Positions 60,691 through 64,000 of a stretch of DNA of 64,000 bases are shown here, in pieces (positions within the stretch are counted from its first letter, which is position 1; the number at the start of each line of letters is the position of its first letter). This DNA comes from an uncultured Gammaproteobacteria bacterium. GTDB taxonomy: Bacteria; Patescibacteriota; Microgenomatia; CAZETR01; Amesbacteraceae. The DNA lies in assembly GCA_964356225.1 (NCBI GenBank), contig CAYHGA010000001.1, forward strand, positions 29,573 through 93,572, in the 5' to 3' direction. The translations under genes and the position numbers were made by a program. The notes beneath the pieces are model-generated. The model had not been told where the DNA came from. It ran no database searches and saw only the letters and a list, made by a program, of their open reading frames with translations.

Positions 60691-62012
60691 TGGATCCTGT
60701 CCAAGACCCGAAAACTAATTTACCGCCAACGATTATGCCAACGACTGAAGACGTTGTTCCTACTCCCCCACCTACTCCCATATCCCCTCCCTCACCCGTC
60801 CCGATAATTGAGCCCCCAATAGGTCCGGCGCCGGTTCCGGCGAGCGACAGTGGCGACAACGCCCAGATTATAAAACCAAAGGTTAAATGGGGCAAGGGAG
60901 CGCTGATCGGAAGTGTGGCGGCATTGATGGTGCTGGTGGTGGGGTTGGGTTTTGGGTTGTGGCAGATAAGACAAAATCAAAATATAAAACCTTTAAAAGC
61001 AGGGCTTTGTGATTCCACCTCCCCCAATATCACTTGTGTAATTACTGACAACAAATGCGTCTGGAAACCAGATAATTCAGGGGCCTGTCTGGATAACTGG
61101 TATATTCCGGGTACTGAATATTTTTGCGGTGAAGGAGCTCCTGGGCAAACCATAACTTATGGTTGTACGGATGGATATTATCCGACCAAGGCAACTTGTG
61201 ACGCAAGAGACGGGGGAGTTCAAGGATCTAGCGTATGTCAGGGTTCTAGCGGTGGGCCGACGCCGACGCCGACACCGCCGGGGGCGACGTGTAATTCGAC
61301 AACCACAGCGGAAGTAAATATAAACGGGAGTGGATGGACAAGTAGTAATGGGCTAGTGAGACCGGGAGATAGTGTGCAATTTAGAGCGGCACCGGCTGGC
61401 GGGAGAACTGCGCTGCTACTTAATACCACTGGGCAAACGGGCAGCCAGTGTTCAAGCGACCCGGGAGCAGGGGTTGCATGTCCAGGCGGGCCGGTGTTGA
61501 TGGATAACGGTTGGTGGGGAAACTATGTGGGGCAAACTATAAGTGTGAGTGCGTTTCAATTCGGAAGTAACTGGTACACGTCGCTCGGCGGAAGTTGTGA
61601 AGATAGTTTGAGCTTGACGATTGTGCCTATTGGCCCCACTCCGACGCCCACTCCAACACCAATTTCTACCCCGACCCCCACTCCGACGCCCACTCCAACA
61701 CCAACGCCGCCGCCGGGGCCGAGTTCGCAGTGTCAGAGAATGATAGCTATCCGAGGTACGGAGGAAATTGCTTCGGCCAATTGGGTCACCACTTTACAGC
61801 CCGGAGACGTGGTGGTGTTCAGAGGGTTTGCCAGTGCCAGTAACACTACGGTGACGGCAATTAATTTCTCGATTACTATAAATGGCGGAACTCCACAGCA
61901 AATTCCGGGGACTAATTTTCAGCTGGTGGGGGGCGTGTGGCAAGCGGATACGGGATCGATAACTATTGCAGCCGGAAGTTATTCGGTGGTGGCTACCCCG
62001 ATTTACCCATAA
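60690..62012 (+). CDS. Pro-rich, single-TM, Cys-rich/PT-repeat surface protein
   Basis: Pro-rich N-tail, TM, Cys-containing domains joined by (PT)n. Confidence 0.75.
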   Translation: MDPVQDPKTNLPPTIMPTTEDVVPTPPPTPISPPSPVPIIEPPIGPAPVPASDSGDNAQIIKPKVKWGKGALIGSVAALMVLVVGLGFGLWQIRQNQNIKPLKAGLCDSTSPNITCVITDNKCVWKPDNSGACLDNWYIPGTEYFCGEGAPGQTITYGCTDGYYPTKATCDARDGGVQGSSVCQGSSGGPTPTPTPPGATCNSTTTAEVNINGSGWTSSNGLVRPGDSVQFRAAPAGGRTALLLNTTGQTGSQCSSDPGAGVACPGGPVLMDNGWWGNYVGQTISVSAFQFGSNWYTSLGGSCEDSLSLTIVPIGPTPTPTPTPISTPTPTPTPTPTPTPPPGPSSQCQRMIAIRGTEEIASANWVTTLQPGDVVVFRGFASASNTTVTAINFSITINGGTPQQIPGTNFQLVGGVWQADTGSITIAAGSYSVVATPIYP

Positions 62013-62016
62013 TTTT

Positions 62017-62586
62017 ATGGATGCAAAACCACAAATTAATGTTATCAGACCAAAGGGCGGTTTTAGCCTGCCGAAACTGCCTAAACTCAACCCGGTGATG
62101 ATAGTGGTGGCTACGGTGATTTTAGCTCTGGTGTCGGTAATTTCGGCCATACTGCTGTATCAGAAAAAACAAGAGCCAGTGGCGCCGAATGTGGGCGTGC
62201 CCAGCCGGGCAGCGGAAGGAACAGCGTGTGTGGCCAACTTTATAATATCTGCTTCCCCAACTCCTACACCAACTGAAGGACCAACGCCTACCCCAACACC
62301 GACACCCACGCCAACCCCCACGCCGGGATCCGGGAAGCCAAATAATTGTGGTGGAACTTGTGGATCAAATGCCAATTGTGAAGGCGGGCTGTTCTGCTAT
62401 GACACCGGAGTGCAAAAATATTGCCGGAACCCGCAAAATCCAACCAGCGAGACGTGTGCTGGAGCGGCTCCAACACCTACTCCAGCGGCATTGCAACAAG
62501 CTGGAGACGTGATGGGGACGTGGACTGTTTCAATCGCGGGAGCGATATTACTAATACTTGGATCTGTGGTAATGTTTGCGCTATAA
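62017..62586 (+). CDS. PT-repeat Cys-domain protein with possible sorting signal
   Basis: N-terminal TM, (PT)n, six-Cys module, LQQAG-hydrophobic C-terminus. Confidence 0.75.
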   Translation: MDAKPQINVIRPKGGFSLPKLPKLNPVMIVVATVILALVSVISAILLYQKKQEPVAPNVGVPSRAAEGTACVANFIISASPTPTPTEGPTPTPTPTPTPTPTPGSGKPNNCGGTCGSNANCEGGLFCYDTGVQKYCRNPQNPTSETCAGAAPTPTPAALQQAGDVMGTWTVSIAGAILLILGSVVMFAL

Positions 62587-62589
62587 AAA

Positions 62590-63786
62590 TCAGCGCCAGG
62601 AGGGAAGCCAAAAGTATTGATCGACCAAGGTTTTAGGAAGGTGAATGCCTACCCACATTGGATAAAAATAGATAAAGGCTCCCAGAATTAAGATACTAGA
62701 TGTTATGGTGGCCCATCTGGGCAATTTAGAAAGAGTATAGGCCAAAGCAATGCAGAGAAAAGGGACCGAGGGAAGATAATGATAGAGAAACATAATGCGA
62801 GGAGCGCGGGCCCAGGGGAGCCAGAAAGTTAAATATCCAATCACGATAATTCCCAATTTCCAATCACGTTTTTTCAAGGCGTGATACGCTGTAAAAACAA
62901 TGGCCGGGATGCCCAGCCACCAGAGAATGGGGTTGCCCATACCGTAAATGTTGGCGATTTTATCGCCGGCGTAATCTACAAAGTACCAAACCGGCCGGAG
63001 CATAACAGGCCAAGTCCACCAGGAGGATTGGTAAGTATGAGTGGCTTTGAGGCTAGTGTTGTACCACCACATTTGATTTTGTAATTCCAGGAAATTTTTC
63101 CAGGAGCCGCCGAGAATAAAATATTGAGAATATGAAAGAACATATAAAACTGCAGGAATAAAAATCAACGAAATAAAAATAGAGGGCCATTTGCGAAAGC
63201 GGGTAATATTCTGTAAACCAATCCATGTTCCAAAAACAGCAATGGCGTAAAGGCCTGTCCATTTGGTAGCAATCAAGAGACCGAGAGAAAACGCGAGAGG
63301 GATTAGGTTATAGGTTCTAGGTTTTAGTTGATAGCGAATAAAGGTCCAGAAAGATAGCAGAATGAAAAAGGTGGCGACAATGTCGTTCATATTAATACGC
63401 GATGAAGTAAGAAGCAGGCCATCGAGGGCCGCCAGGGCGGCTGCGAAAAGAGCCCAACGCTTGGAGCTTAGTAAATCACTGGAAATTAAATAAACAAGAT
63501 AAACAACGCCGGTGCCGATTAAAACGTTGGCGATGCGCCAGCCGAAAGAATTGGGGCCAAAAATGAGAATACCGGTGGCGCCCATTAACTTAGCAAGTGG
63601 TGGGTGTGTCCAACCATAAGCGGTACCCGGAGGGGTGGTATGAAACCATTCGTAGGCGTCTTTGTTACCTTTAGCCATTTCCAGAGTAGTAAATGCGTTA
63701 TAGACCTCGTCGAAATAAAAGTTGGGCGGGTAGGAAATATTGAAAACGCGGGTTATAAAAGTAAAGGCTAGAATTAGGCCGAGCAT
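62590..63786 (-). CDS. Protein O-mannosyltransferase-like GT-C enzyme (Pmt)
   Basis: YFDEVY, HPPLAK, FGWR, TKW, HTYQSSWWTWP, MFLYHYLP. Confidence 0.87.
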   Translation of the reverse strand: MLGLILAFTFITRVFNISYPPNFYFDEVYNAFTTLEMAKGNKDAYEWFHTTPPGTAYGWTHPPLAKLMGATGILIFGPNSFGWRIANVLIGTGVVYLVYLISSDLLSSKRWALFAAALAALDGLLLTSSRINMNDIVATFFILLSFWTFIRYQLKPRTYNLIPLAFSLGLLIATKWTGLYAIAVFGTWIGLQNITRFRKWPSIFISLIFIPAVLYVLSYSQYFILGGSWKNFLELQNQMWWYNTSLKATHTYQSSWWTWPVMLRPVWYFVDYAGDKIANIYGMGNPILWWLGIPAIVFTAYHALKKRDWKLGIIVIGYLTFWLPWARAPRIMFLYHYLPSVPFLCIALAYTLSKLPRWATITSSILILGAFIYFYPMWVGIHLPKTLVDQYFWLPSWR

Positions 63787-64000
63787 ACGCTAAAATAATA
63801 GCATGATAGAGTTGGTTTTGGGGACATTGTTAGGAACTTGGGCAAGTTTCCTGGCGTCTTTGATGACAAAACAGGTTGAGGTATGGCCGTTTGTGGCAGT
63901 ATTTGCCGCGTGCACAGGGTCTCTCCTTGTACGTCTGCGGCCGAACAAGGAAAGACCCTCTTCTTGGTTGTTTTGGCTGACAATCGTGGGGTGGGGGGCG

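Noticed and set aside
56560-62330. Periodic CCNACN runs resembling a CRISPR or VNTR array
   Set aside because: They are synonymous-variable Pro-Thr codons inside ORFs; there is no constant repeat-spacer structure and no cas gene
788-63262. Numerous antisense or alternative-frame ORFs in the track (e.g. 23971..24498, 34672..35232, 48647..49114, 4998..5342)
   Set aside because: Shadows of well-supported genes, with no motifs or independent start signals
63774-64000. 69-aa minus-strand ORF at the right edge
   Set aside because: All three minus frames are open over most of this stretch and none is recognisable; it cannot be assigned without flanking sequence
1-64000. Alternative genetic code (UGA read as Gly, as in Gracilibacteria/SR1)
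   Set aside because: Conserved genes are full length in code 11 and TGA ends genes at expected positions (rpoB, rplP, rplN, pnp)

Overview
This 64 kb window is from a small-genome bacterium, most likely Patescibacteria/CPR of the Microgenomates type. That assignment is inferred from the absence of rpmD (L30) in the spc operon, trimmed ribosomal proteins, a stand-alone Lon ATPase and typical conserved hypotheticals. Housekeeping genes are rpoC'-rpoB, mltG, yqgF, alaS, ftsK, rnj, udg, pnp-rpsO, infB-nusA, a fusA-tuf-S10-spc-rpsK block lying between dnaK and dnaJ, hrcA-grpE-dnaK with CIRCE sites, lepA, murJ and rpsT. Accessory content includes five toxin-antitoxin modules (one degraded), a putative type II R-M pair, and two paralogous membrane-anchored proteins that share identical DNA boxes around unrelated cores. 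There is also a four-helix-bundle gene between fusA and tuf, a cluster of micro-proteins, and a surface locus made of a prepilin-leader Cys-rich/Pro-Thr protein, PilN/PilO, putative sortase substrates and a protein O-mannosyltransferase. Non-coding signals include candidate RNA leaders for rplC, rpsO, rpoB and pnp, many leaderless-type promoters, REP-like palindromes (one in frame inside infB) and heptamer micro-repeats inside conserved genes. No rRNA, tRNA, CRISPR array or transposase was seen. All family calls come from motif recognition by eye, not from database searches.
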